Positions 54,832-63,661 of a stretch of 64,000 bases of DNA are shown in pieces; within the stretch, counting starts at the first letter, position 1, and each line of letters begins with the position of its first letter. The notes under the pieces were generated by a model. It searched no databases. It had not been told where the DNA came from and saw only the letters and a program-made list of their open reading frames with translations. Made by a program: the position numbers and the translations under genes. The stretch lies in the sequence record MK773491.1; one strand, 5' to 3'.

Positions 54832-55956
54832 ATGAAAAAATATATTGTAGGTGGTTTCTGCCGTGATAAACTACTTGGTCTAAAGCCTAAAGATAAAGAT
54901 TATGTATTAGTTGGTGCTAATCAGAAAGATATCGACTATCTCATTTCACAAGGCTACGAACAAGTAGGTGCTGATTTCCCTGTGTTCCTGTCTCCACAAG
55001 GTGATGAGTATGCTCTCGCACGTGTAGAACGTAAATCAGGTTCAGGTTACAAGGGTTTCACTGTTGAAACCGAAGGAGTAACTATTGAGCAAGATCTATT
55101 TCGTCGTGATTTGACAATTAACGCAATTGCATACGATCCAGTATTCCAGAAACACGTTGACCCATACAATGGCAAGACTGACCTAGCAAACAAAGTACTA
55201 CGTCATGTTAGTGAACACTTTGCGGAAGACCCACTTCGTGTACTTCGTCTCGCACGGTTTGCTACACGTTATAGTGATTTTACTATTCATGAAAGTACAG
55301 AAGAAATGGTACGTAATATGGTATCCAGTGGTGATATTGATTCTCTAACACCAGAGCGTGTGTATGTAGAATTTGAAAAAGCATTTACTGAACGTCTTCC
55401 TAGTACTTTCATCTTTCATCTTAAAGCGTGGGGTGCTATTAAACGCCTCCTACCGGGTTTGGAGCGTTTTTCTAAGGCAGACGGGGAAACCATCAATAAA
55501 TTTGCTACGTTAAGCACAGAGGCTTACACAGCGGATTTCATGTGGTCTTACCTACTAAGTCTAACCACGGCTGAGATCAAGAAAGATTACACTGTCGGTC
55601 AGATTAAACTACCTGCACGTTTTGTGAAGTTTCATAATTTCATTAAAACGCATGAAGAAAGTATTAAAAACTTCAGGAAGAAAACACCAGAACAGATGGT
55701 AGATATTCTTTCTAAGATGAATATTCATAATAACGGCGGTGAAGCATTCCTATACAAAGTACTTGAATACTTTAATATTCAGCGTGAAACTGATGGTGAA
55801 TTAGAAGACCTAATTGTTAAAGTTTATGATCGTTATGAAAATACGGTTATTGGTGATATTGATGCAATGGTCAAAGACGGCTTACTAGAGCCTAAAGAAA
55901 TACGTTCCTACGTAGCAAACTTGCGTACTGTTGAGGTTGCAAAAATGTTCGCATAA
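54832..55956 (+). CDS. cca: tRNA nucleotidyltransferase (CCA-adding enzyme, class II)
   Basis: YIVGG.CRD.LLG..KDKDY, VGADFPVF, EYALARVERKSG.GY.GF, DL.RRDLTINA, EDPLRVLR.ARF, LTPERV..E..KA. Confidence 0.92.
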   Translation: MKKYIVGGFCRDKLLGLKPKDKDYVLVGANQKDIDYLISQGYEQVGADFPVFLSPQGDEYALARVERKSGSGYKGFTVETEGVTIEQDLFRRDLTINAIAYDPVFQKHVDPYNGKTDLANKVLRHVSEHFAEDPLRVLRLARFATRYSDFTIHESTEEMVRNMVSSGDIDSLTPERVYVEFEKAFTERLPSTFIFHLKAWGAIKRLLPGLERFSKADGETINKFATLSTEAYTADFMWSYLLSLTTAEIKKDYTVGQIKLPARFVKFHNFIKTHEESIKNFRKKTPEQMVDILSKMNIHNNGGEAFLYKVLEYFNIQRETDGELEDLIVKVYDRYENTVIGDIDAMVKDGLLEPKEIRSYVANLRTVEVAKMFA

Positions 55957-55960
55957 ATCT

Positions 55961-55989
55961 GGGACAAAAACATGAAAATGTGATATACT
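55961..55989 (+). promoter_or_regulatory. GGGACAAA-class promoter (copy 6)
   Basis: GGGACA-17 nt-TATACT with TGTG. Confidence 0.7.
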
Positions 55990-56013
55990 ATAGGTATCTG
56001 ATGATTTATTGAG

Positions 56014-56454
56014 ATGAAAAATATGCGATATACTTGCGGAATAATTTTTTATCGTGATGGTCAGATACTTATAGGTCATACTACCGGGCAAGAGCATTGG
56101 GATTTACCAAAAGGTAAAACTGAAGGTACAGAGACCTATGCTGAGGCGGCTGTTCGAGAGTGTTATGAAGAAACTGGTTTTGAGATAGATGAAAAAGATC
56201 TACTCTTTATTGGTGACGTATCGTATAGAAAAGGAAAGAGGCTTATACTGTTTTATTACACCGCTAAATATAAGCCTAATCCTAGTGAACTTAAATGTAT
56301 TAGTACTTACACAAATAAGTACGGACAAACGAAACCAGAATTGGACAAGTTTAAATACATTGATGTTGAGGACTGTGAATTGTATTTGACTAAACGAATG
56401 TGTGGCAGTATTATTAAAGCTGTCAAACAATTCCAGAATATGAAAGGAAAATAA
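56014..56454 (+). CDS. NUDIX hydrolase (T4 NudE-like)
   Basis: WDLPKGKTEGTETYAEAAVRECYEETG. Confidence 0.85.
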   Translation: MKNMRYTCGIIFYRDGQILIGHTTGQEHWDLPKGKTEGTETYAEAAVRECYEETGFEIDEKDLLFIGDVSYRKGKRLILFYYTAKYKPNPSELKCISTYTNKYGQTKPELDKFKYIDVEDCELYLTKRMCGSIIKAVKQFQNMKGK

Positions 56455-56456
56455 AA

Positions 56457-56723
56457 ATGAAAGTGAAGATTTATGGTCGGGCTGTCGGTTGCCCTTATTG
56501 CACTACAGCAAAACAAATCTGCGAACAGAATAAATTCGATATGGAATTTATCGATATGGAAGCTGTTGGAATGACTCGTGATGAACTAAGTGAAATTGTT
56601 GGTAAACCAGTTTCTACAGTTCCACAGATTTTTGTTGAAGGTGAATATATTGGTGGATGTACTGAATTCATTAAACACCTAACAACACTAGCAGAGAAGA
56701 AAAATGACACAGATAATCAATGA
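56457..56723 (+). CDS. glutaredoxin
   Basis: CPYC, TVPQIF, YIGGC. Confidence 0.9.
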   Translation: MKVKIYGRAVGCPYCTTAKQICEQNKFDMEFIDMEAVGMTRDELSEIVGKPVSTVPQIFVEGEYIGGCTEFIKHLTTLAEKKNDTDNQ

Positions 56724-56952
56724 TTTTCATGCCAAATGCACTTCACGTGCAGAACAGTTGGCAAAACAATTGGGTGTTGAATTCAAACCTTTAGATGTTT
56801 CAGCAATCGAAACATCTACTCGGAAGCGTATGGCAGCACTACAGAAGTACCGCGAACGTAAAGAAGAATATGATGCTCTACTTGAAGAAGTTTTCAAGGT
56901 TTGTACACCCCATGAGGTTCTAGAATTCATTAAGAATTCAAAAACTAAATAA
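56704..56952 (+). CDS. hypothetical protein
   Basis: 82 aa ORF. Confidence 0.6.
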   Translation: MTQIINDFHAKCTSRAEQLAKQLGVEFKPLDVSAIETSTRKRMAALQKYRERKEEYDALLEEVFKVCTPHEVLEFIKNSKTK

Positions 56953-57002
56953 TTATGAAGGAACAATCCTTCATGTTATAAAAAAATTTGGGAGAAAAGA
57001 CT

Positions 57003-57245
57003 ATGCTTAGTTTTCGTGAAAAATTAGCTCAAGGCATTTTTGAGAGCCAACCTAAAGTTGCAGACATTCCTCGCAAGTCAGCATTCTTAGGAACTATCAC
57101 CAACGAAGGTTTCTGTGATTATGAAGTACCCGAAGATGATTGGTATCTTACTAAATCCACAGAACGTAGCAATCGCCTCCACAAAAGTACAATAGCAAGA
57201 AAGCATCGCAAAGAAGTGAAGCGTATTCGTTTCGGTTCAGAATAA
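57003..57245 (+). CDS. hypothetical protein
   Basis: ATG after GGAG. Confidence 0.6.
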   Translation: MLSFREKLAQGIFESQPKVADIPRKSAFLGTITNEGFCDYEVPEDDWYLTKSTERSNRLHKSTIARKHRKEVKRIRFGSE

Positions 57246-57251
57246 TAATTT

Positions 57252-57278
57252 AAAGGACTCAATTAAGAGTCCTTTTTT
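57252..57278 (+). terminator. intrinsic terminator
   Basis: AAAGGACTC-AATTAA-GAGTCCTTT + TTT. Confidence 0.8.
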
Positions 57279-57292
57279 CATCCGAGGATATT

Positions 57293-57766
57293 ATGGTTAC
57301 AGAACACTTTGGTAATTTATTTGACAGATACAATGATGGATTTTCCGAAGGACATTTACATATTATTGTACATGGTTGTAATGCTCAAGGTCGTATGGGT
57401 TCAGGATTTGCAAAAGAACTTCGTGCCAGATACCCGGATGCATATGAAACCTACAAATCAGTACATGAATCTAGTGGTTTAAAACTTGGAAGTACTGTAT
57501 ATCACATTGTCGATGATAACTTGGTAATCGCTAATGCTATTACACAAGAGTATTATGGATATGATGGTGACAAATATGTTAGCTATGATGCTATAGATAC
57601 TGTCTTTAAAGACATGAATGATTTTATCGAACTAACAGGAAGGATGACGCACCTCCACTTCCCACGTATTGGGGCAGACTTAGGTGGTGGTAATTGGTCA
57701 GTCATTAAGAATATTATTGACCACCGCATCACTAATGCGTCGAAACATCTATATATTTTGAAATAA
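57293..57766 (+). CDS. macrodomain protein (ADP-ribose processing, T4 Tk.4-like)
   Basis: IVHGCNAQGRMGSGFAK, IANAITQ..YG, VSYDAI, FPRIGADLGGGNW. Confidence 0.85.
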   Translation: MVTEHFGNLFDRYNDGFSEGHLHIIVHGCNAQGRMGSGFAKELRARYPDAYETYKSVHESSGLKLGSTVYHIVDDNLVIANAITQEYYGYDGDKYVSYDAIDTVFKDMNDFIELTGRMTHLHFPRIGADLGGGNWSVIKNIIDHRITNASKHLYILK

Positions 57767-57789
57767 AATGCACAAAAGGATTGACAAAA

Positions 57790-58113
57790 ATGACAATGAA
57801 CGTTAAACTACTAAACATCACCAACATGGGGCCAGTACTAGCAGTTATGCAAGCACACAATGAAGAACAAGTCATTGTAACGAACCCAGCAATCCTAGGC
57901 ACTGATCCAGAAACTGGTGATCTAGCAATTAACGATTACCTAGGCGGTATTTCTGATCTAGATAAAGAAGTTGCTTTTATGAAGTACAACATTATCTCTA
58001 TCAGTACCCCTGAAGCTGGTCTAGCTGCTGCATACATTGGTGCACTAGAACAAGCTATTGAATCCAAACCTGAAATTTTCGTCCCAGACAATAAGATTGT
58101 CATTGCAAAATAA
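57790..58113 (+). CDS. hypothetical protein (possible Sm-like beta fold)
   Basis: beta-rich, PEIFVP tail; start after AAGGA. Confidence 0.65.
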   Translation: MTMNVKLLNITNMGPVLAVMQAHNEEQVIVTNPAILGTDPETGDLAINDYLGGISDLDKEVAFMKYNIISISTPEAGLAAAYIGALEQAIESKPEIFVPDNKIVIAK

Positions 58114-58122
58114 GAGGTAACA

Positions 58123-58500
58123 ATGAACCAGACTAACGAACGCATTTATCAAGCAGTTGTAATTCTAAAAGACACTCCACAAGATGTAGTTGCCAAAGAA
58201 CTAGTTCGTGGAACACAAGTCCTACTAGCACAATATACTCCCGGTAAAGCATCCAATCTTGGTAAGTTTGAAACTAAGCAGTTCCAAGAAACTTATCAGA
58301 AGTGGGTTGATGAAAACGAAGGTAATATTCGTGTATTCATCGCTGATGATCGTCTAGAACTTGATAGTATTGAATATCAAGCCGTTAGTCTAGAAACTGT
58401 ACCTGCAAGCGGATACGGTGAAGGTGAAAGCGTCCTAGTACTAGGCCCATTTGATGGTACACGCTTAGACTTCCACCTTCAGAATTGTACTGAAGTCTAA
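58123..58500 (+). CDS. peptidyl-tRNA hydrolase II (PTH2)-like fold, possibly degenerate
   Basis: YQAVVIL.D, W......IRVF.ADD..EL, VLVLGP...LD; the canonical GKxxAQxxH motif is not evident. Confidence 0.4.
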   Translation: MNQTNERIYQAVVILKDTPQDVVAKELVRGTQVLLAQYTPGKASNLGKFETKQFQETYQKWVDENEGNIRVFIADDRLELDSIEYQAVSLETVPASGYGEGESVLVLGPFDGTRLDFHLQNCTEV

Positions 58501-58507
58501 TTAGATT

Positions 58508-58549
58508 GCACCCCTATAAATATTGTAGATAATACAATAATAGGGGTGC
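58508..58549 (+). promoter_or_regulatory. late promoter inside an SD-sequestering hairpin (neck gene)
   Basis: GCACCCCTAT/ATAGGGGTGC (10 bp) + TATTGTA/TACAATA; TATAAATA at 58515-58522. Confidence 0.75.
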
Positions 58550-58553
58550 TTTT

Positions 58554-59342
58554 ATGTCTTATGATTATCAAGGCGGTGATCCTGAATCACCACAATACGA
58601 CCATAGAGAAAAGTTGAAAGACAAAATCACACAAATGCTTGGTGCTGGTGCAGTAACTGTTGAAATTACTGACGGGCAGCTTGAAATTGCGATTGATAAT
58701 GCCATTGAAAACTATCGTGCATGGTCAAGTGCTTCTAAAGAAGAAGCATTTCTACATATGAAACTATACCCTTCTGAATCAGTGTATGTACTTCCTACTG
58801 AAGTTGAAATTGTTCGCAGAATCTATCGTCGAGGTAACGGTGTAGTATCTGGGGAAGGTTCAACTGTTGACCCATTCTCACTAGCATATAGTAATACTTA
58901 TTTGCTAAGTGCTGTACGTGGTGCAACTGGTGGTGGGTTGTTAACATATGATCTCTATCACCAATTCGACGAAACGGTTGCAAGACTATTTGGGCGTGAA
59001 ATTATATTCCAATGGAATCCAGTTAATAAGAAACTAATTATTGACCGTGATATTCGTGGTACTGAAGAAGTACTTCTTCATGTGTACCAAAACGTACCAG
59101 AAGAAATACTATTCAGACAACAAATGTCTTATCCGTGGATTCGTGATTGGACACTAGCAGAAGCTAAGATTATGTTGGGTACAAACCGTTCTAAATTCGC
59201 AACTCTACCGGGGCCACAAGGTACATTCTCAATGGATGGTGATACTTTACGCCAAGAAGGTTTTGCATTACAAGAAAAATTAGAACAGCAATTACGTAAC
59301 TACAAAGATGGTGGTACACCTCTTGGTTTCATAATTGGGTAA
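58554..59342 (+). CDS. gp13: neck / head-tail adaptor protein (T4 gp13-like)
   Basis: VEITDGQLEIAIDNAIENY, WIRDWTLAEAK.MLG..RSKF..LPG..G..MDG..L. Confidence 0.75.
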   Translation: MSYDYQGGDPESPQYDHREKLKDKITQMLGAGAVTVEITDGQLEIAIDNAIENYRAWSSASKEEAFLHMKLYPSESVYVLPTEVEIVRRIYRRGNGVVSGEGSTVDPFSLAYSNTYLLSAVRGATGGGLLTYDLYHQFDETVARLFGREIIFQWNPVNKKLIIDRDIRGTEEVLLHVYQNVPEEILFRQQMSYPWIRDWTLAEAKIMLGTNRSKFATLPGPQGTFSMDGDTLRQEGFALQEKLEQQLRNYKDGGTPLGFIIG

Positions 59343-59351
59343 TACAAACAT

Positions 59352-59380
59352 GGAAGTACTTAACTGTACTTCCTTTTTTT
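59352..59380 (+). terminator. intrinsic terminator
   Basis: GGAAGTAC-TTAACT-GTACTTCC + 7 T. Confidence 0.85.
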
Positions 59381-59391
59381 ATAGGTATAAC

Positions 59392-60036
59392 ATGGAAAGA
59401 ATTATCGTAGCAATAAATGGAACAATTGGTTCTGGTAAAGACACATTTAGTGAAGAATTCATTAAAGCTGGATATCACCGTATGTCCTTCGCAACAGCAC
59501 TAAAAGATGCCGTTGCTGTAATCTTTGGATGGGATCGAGAAATGTTAGAGGGTAATACACCAGAAGCAAGAAAAATTAGAGAAACTAAAGATGAGTACTG
59601 GAGTGCTAAACTTGGTCGTGATATAACCCCACGATGGATACTCCAACATTTTGGTACGGATGTTGTTCGTAAGTACTTCGATGATAATACTTGGGTGTAT
59701 TCCTTAGAAAACAAGATGCGTCAGATTGATGGTAATATTATCATTACCGATTGTCGTTTCCCTAACGAATTAAGAATGCTTCGTGAAAATAATGCAACAA
59801 TTATTGAAGTACAACGAAATGTTCCATCATGGTATAATGATGCATATTCATATAATGTACTATTGTCCAAGGGACGTGACGTAAAACTTCCCGAATCACT
59901 CAAAGGTATTCATCGTTCAGAATGGGCTTGGATTGGTATTAATAAACCTGATTACACCGTAAAGAATGATAGTACTGTAGAAAAGTTACACTGGAATGCA
60001 TTTGTTATAAGACATGGTATAGAAGATTCAAAGTAA
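59392..60036 (+). CDS. deoxynucleoside monophosphate kinase (T4 gp1-like)
   Basis: GTIGSGKDT, SFATALKD, RWILQHFGTDVVR, IITDCRFPNE, H.SE. Confidence 0.85.
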   Translation: MERIIVAINGTIGSGKDTFSEEFIKAGYHRMSFATALKDAVAVIFGWDREMLEGNTPEARKIRETKDEYWSAKLGRDITPRWILQHFGTDVVRKYFDDNTWVYSLENKMRQIDGNIIITDCRFPNELRMLRENNATIIEVQRNVPSWYNDAYSYNVLLSKGRDVKLPESLKGIHRSEWAWIGINKPDYTVKNDSTVEKLHWNAFVIRHGIEDSK

Positions 60037-60058
60037 TCGCTTTCTATACATAAGTTTT

Positions 60059-60116
60059 AATCCTCCAATAAATAATGATATAACGAATATTCGAATACCA
60101 ATTATTTTGGAGGATT
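60059..60116 (+). promoter_or_regulatory. late promoter inside an SD-sequestering hairpin (tail sheath)
   Basis: AATCCTCCAA/TTGGAGGATT (10 bp) + AATAAT/ATTATT; AATAAATA at 60067-60074. Confidence 0.75.
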
Positions 60117-60120
60117 TTAA

Positions 60121-62778
60121 ATGGCTGATTTATTATCACCCGGTGTAAGTGTAACCGTCACTGATGAATCGATTTCTGCACAAGCCGCACCCGGTACTGT
60201 GCCACTTTTCGTCATTGCAACTGCTCAAGACAAGCTAGTTCCCGGTAGTTCAGCTATCGCTTCTGGTACATTAAAGGCAAATGCTGGTAAGTTACAACTT
60301 ATTACATCACAAAAAAACGCTCTTGATACTTTTGGAACACCAGTGTTTCAAAAACATCTAGGGTCTGTAGTTCAAGGTGATGAGCTAAACGAGTATGGCC
60401 TCCACGGTCTATACAGCTATATGGGAATTGCAAACCGTGCATATGTTGTACGTGCTGACCTTGACCTAAACCAATTAACACCAAGTGCTACTGAGCCTAC
60501 TGGTGATGTACCTAACGGTACTCTATGGTTTGATACTTTTGCTTCTCAAGTTGAAGCATATGTAGCAAATGTGGAAAACCCACAAAGTTTCTATGACTGG
60601 ACTCTAAAACCAGTTCGCATTGTAAGTGCTGAATTGATTACTGATGTAAGTACTGTAGGATTAAACGTTGACGATCTAGTAATCCGTCATGTTCCAAGTA
60701 CTGGTCAAATGCTAGTTTACAAATTTGAAAGTGCTGGTCTAGTTCAGGTTGAAACCTATCTATCACCAATCAACAAAGTACCTACTGGTACTGCTATCCA
60801 TGCTGGTGATATCTGGCTACGTGATGGTTATGTGAAGAATGGTTCTAACTACTTCGGCACTCGCTTTGTAATTAAGCGTTACGCTTCCCTAACTAAAACT
60901 TGGGTTCCTGTTGATACTTTCACTGGTACAAGTTTCTATGATATTGAAGCAAAAACTGGTGTATCTAGTAATGCATATATCGCTGCACTATTCGATTGGG
61001 ATAGCTATAGTTTCTCACTATACATGAAAACTGGCAACATTCCAACTATCAGTGCTTCTGCAACTCCACTAGGTCAAATTAACCTCGATATTGCACAAGC
61101 TGATTGCTTCCTAACTATTAGCTATCTTAACAAATCTGCTAAAGTACTTGCAGTACCAAAAGGTCAAATCAAGAATGCAGAAACTATTGTTGCTAATCTT
61201 AACAAAGTGGCAGCATTGATCAATGATGGTTTTAGTTTTAGTGTACAAAACAACGGTGTAACTATCACCAACAAACTAGGCTATAGTTTTAAAGTAACTC
61301 AAAGTGGTGAAGCACTATTCGATGCAGCTAATATGAATAAACTATCTACTGATAGTAGTAACTATTCACAAATCAATCCACGTATTATTCGTGTTTCTGA
61401 TTCTGCACCACGCTCTACTGCGTCCGAAGGTACATACTGGTACGATTTCAGTAATTCTGATAATCTAACTGTTACTCTTTATGTAGCGAACTTAAGTACT
61501 GAAGATTGGGATAAAGTACAATCCAACAACATGTATCTACAAGTTGATGAACCTGCCGCAGACCGTGATTTCTGGGTTCACCCACTATCACAAGGTGTTG
61601 ATGGTTATCAATTCTATCGTAATGTACGTGGTGAATGGGTTAAACTAGACCCAGCAGACCAAAGTACCCTAAACGGTATGATCTTTGAAGATTTTAACGG
61701 TGAAGTTCCAAGTGCTAACCTATACCAAAATGGTATGCTTGCAATTGATATGGGTAATACTGAGGGTGTTGTTAAGCAAATGGTTAATGGAAAATGGGTT
61801 GTTGTTAGTGGCGTCGCCATTGACGGAAGCGGTCTATTTGGTCGTCATGCACAACGTCAAATCATCGTAGAAGCACTAGCTGCTGTAATCGTGGGTAACG
61901 AAGCAATTCGTTCTGAATTCATCGATTTCAACCTAATGTGTTCACCGGGCTATGTAGAACTTCTAGATGAGTTTGTAACACTAAACACTGATCGCAAAGA
62001 AACTGCTTTCATCGTAACTGATGTTCCAGCACGTCTAACTCCAAGTGCTACTGCAATTCAAGAGTGGGCTACTAATGCTAATAATGCACCAAGTAATGGT
62101 GATATTGGACGTACTACTGCTTATGCTTATGCAGCACAATACATGGGTTGGTGCCTAAGTACTAACGTCGATGGTGAAGAAGTTGCAGTACCGGGTAGTA
62201 CTATCGCGATGCGTACCTATGCTTATAGCGACAGCGTAAGTTATGTTTGGTTCCCACCTGCTGGTACACAACGTGGCGTTGTAAGTAATGCTGCTTCTGT
62301 AGGTTACATCACTGATGAAGGTGAATATGCTCCAGTAGTATATAACAACGGTCAACGTGATACCATGTACGTTAACAAGATTAACCCAATTGCGATGCGT
62401 CCAAGTCGTGGTCTATTAGTATTTGGTGACAAAACACTAGCTGCTGATGAAGGAAGTGCACTAAGCCGTGTAAACGTAGCACGTCTAGTTGTTTACATTC
62501 GTCGTCAACTAGAGATTCTAGCAGATCCATTCTTGTTCCGTCTAAACACTGCAAGTACTCGTCAAGAGTTTACTGGTGTAGTTAACAGTTTCCTAGCTGA
62601 AATTCTACAACTAAATGGTCTATATGACTTCTTAGTAGTATGTGATGAATCAAACAACACCCCAACTCGTATCGATAGAAACGAATTGTGGATGGATATC
62701 GCGATTCAACCAGTACGTAGTATTAACTTTATCTACATTCCAATCCGTATTGAGAAAACTGCTTCAGCAGGTGCTTAA
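60121..62778 (+). CDS. gp18: contractile tail sheath protein
   Basis: LLSPGVSVTVTDES, VWFPPAG.QRG, RD.MY..KINPI, FGDKT, SALSRVNV.RL, F.LN...TR, CDESNNTP..IDRNEL..DI.IQP.RSI.FI. Confidence 0.93.
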   Translation: MADLLSPGVSVTVTDESISAQAAPGTVPLFVIATAQDKLVPGSSAIASGTLKANAGKLQLITSQKNALDTFGTPVFQKHLGSVVQGDELNEYGLHGLYSYMGIANRAYVVRADLDLNQLTPSATEPTGDVPNGTLWFDTFASQVEAYVANVENPQSFYDWTLKPVRIVSAELITDVSTVGLNVDDLVIRHVPSTGQMLVYKFESAGLVQVETYLSPINKVPTGTAIHAGDIWLRDGYVKNGSNYFGTRFVIKRYASLTKTWVPVDTFTGTSFYDIEAKTGVSSNAYIAALFDWDSYSFSLYMKTGNIPTISASATPLGQINLDIAQADCFLTISYLNKSAKVLAVPKGQIKNAETIVANLNKVAALINDGFSFSVQNNGVTITNKLGYSFKVTQSGEALFDAANMNKLSTDSSNYSQINPRIIRVSDSAPRSTASEGTYWYDFSNSDNLTVTLYVANLSTEDWDKVQSNNMYLQVDEPAADRDFWVHPLSQGVDGYQFYRNVRGEWVKLDPADQSTLNGMIFEDFNGEVPSANLYQNGMLAIDMGNTEGVVKQMVNGKWVVVSGVAIDGSGLFGRHAQRQIIVEALAAVIVGNEAIRSEFIDFNLMCSPGYVELLDEFVTLNTDRKETAFIVTDVPARLTPSATAIQEWATNANNAPSNGDIGRTTAYAYAAQYMGWCLSTNVDGEEVAVPGSTIAMRTYAYSDSVSYVWFPPAGTQRGVVSNAASVGYITDEGEYAPVVYNNGQRDTMYVNKINPIAMRPSRGLLVFGDKTLAADEGSALSRVNVARLVVYIRRQLEILADPFLFRLNTASTRQEFTGVVNSFLAEILQLNGLYDFLVVCDESNNTPTRIDRNELWMDIAIQPVRSINFIYIPIRIEKTASAGA

Positions 62779-62784
62779 TACTTC

Positions 62785-62808
62785 AAAAGGGGCTTATAAG
62801 CCCCTTTT
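62785..62808. terminator. perfect 24-bp palindrome, probable bidirectional terminator
   Basis: AAAAGGGGCTTATAAGCCCCTTTT. Confidence 0.8.
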
Positions 62809-62818
62809 ACTTTTGTAA

Positions 62819-62877
62819 CTCCAAATATGGAAAGTAATCTAATAAATATATTAAAGATATAATTCCAATTTTGGGAG
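62819..62877 (+). promoter_or_regulatory. late promoter inside an imperfect SD-sequestering hairpin (tail tube)
   Basis: CTCCAAA/TTTGGGAG + TGGAA/TTCCA; AATAAATA at 62841-62848. Confidence 0.55.
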
Positions 62878-62883
62878 AACAAT

Positions 62884-63570
62884 ATGGCAAATATGTTGGA
62901 TAAATATGGTGTTCCACTATCTGGTGGTGGTCGTATTGCAATGAAACAACCTAAAGCGAAATATAAATTTCGTGTTATTTTCTTTGGCTTTGGTGCTGCG
63001 GAAGATGGTGATTTTATTACAATTGATACCAACACAGTAGCATCACCACACGTTTCACACGAAAACGTAACTGTTCACAGTTACAACAGTAGTGCACACT
63101 ACAAAGGTAAGTATACTTGGAGTGAGATCGAACTTGCATTCCGTGATTCTGTAGGAAACTCTTCTTTAAAAGCATTATATAACCAAATGCGTAAAGAATT
63201 TAACTACTATACTCAAGAATCTCGTATTGCCGATGTACAATTTAAGTTCGAAATGTGGATTCAAGCTCTAGATGGTTCTAACAGTGAAAGTGTTACTAAC
63301 CTGTTCCAAGGTACACAACACACATGGGTATGCCAAGGTTGTTTCATCACTGATACTAACTTTGGTGATTGGGACTATTCCAGTTCTGATCCACAAGTAA
63401 TCACAGCAACAATTCAACCTGATGCATGTGCATTACTAGGCCCAACTGGTCTACCACTAGGTGATGAAGTTTCTGGTAACGGTACTCCTGCTAATGCAAG
63501 TACTATTTCTGGTGCTCAAACCTCTATCAGTACTACATCTCTACCTGATAAAAACTTCTTTAATAACTAA
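62884..63570 (+). CDS. gp19: tail tube protein
   Basis: follows the sheath; KYKFRV, GK..W....L.FRD, WVCQGCFI....FGD.DYSSSD..I...IQ.D. Confidence 0.8.
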   Translation: MANMLDKYGVPLSGGGRIAMKQPKAKYKFRVIFFGFGAAEDGDFITIDTNTVASPHVSHENVTVHSYNSSAHYKGKYTWSEIELAFRDSVGNSSLKALYNQMRKEFNYYTQESRIADVQFKFEMWIQALDGSNSESVTNLFQGTQHTWVCQGCFITDTNFGDWDYSSSDPQVITATIQPDACALLGPTGLPLGDEVSGNGTPANASTISGAQTSISTTSLPDKNFFNN

Positions 63571-63587
63571 TATTAAAATAGATCACT

Positions 63588-63613
63588 GCCCTAGACTTGT
63601 CTGGGGCTTTTTT
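63588..63613 (+). terminator. intrinsic terminator
   Basis: GCCCTAGAC/GTCTGGGGC stem + TTTTT. Confidence 0.7.
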
Positions 63614-63661
63614 ATGCTAAATAATAATATGATCCAAAAAATATTAAATAGGGGTTAATTT

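Noticed and set aside
51-63658. Numerous minus-strand and nested short ORFs in the track (e.g. 7153..7479, 12048..12437, 45017..45382, 49066..49371)
   Set aside because: They are antisense or out-of-frame shadows of well-supported + strand genes and lack SD sequences or motifs.
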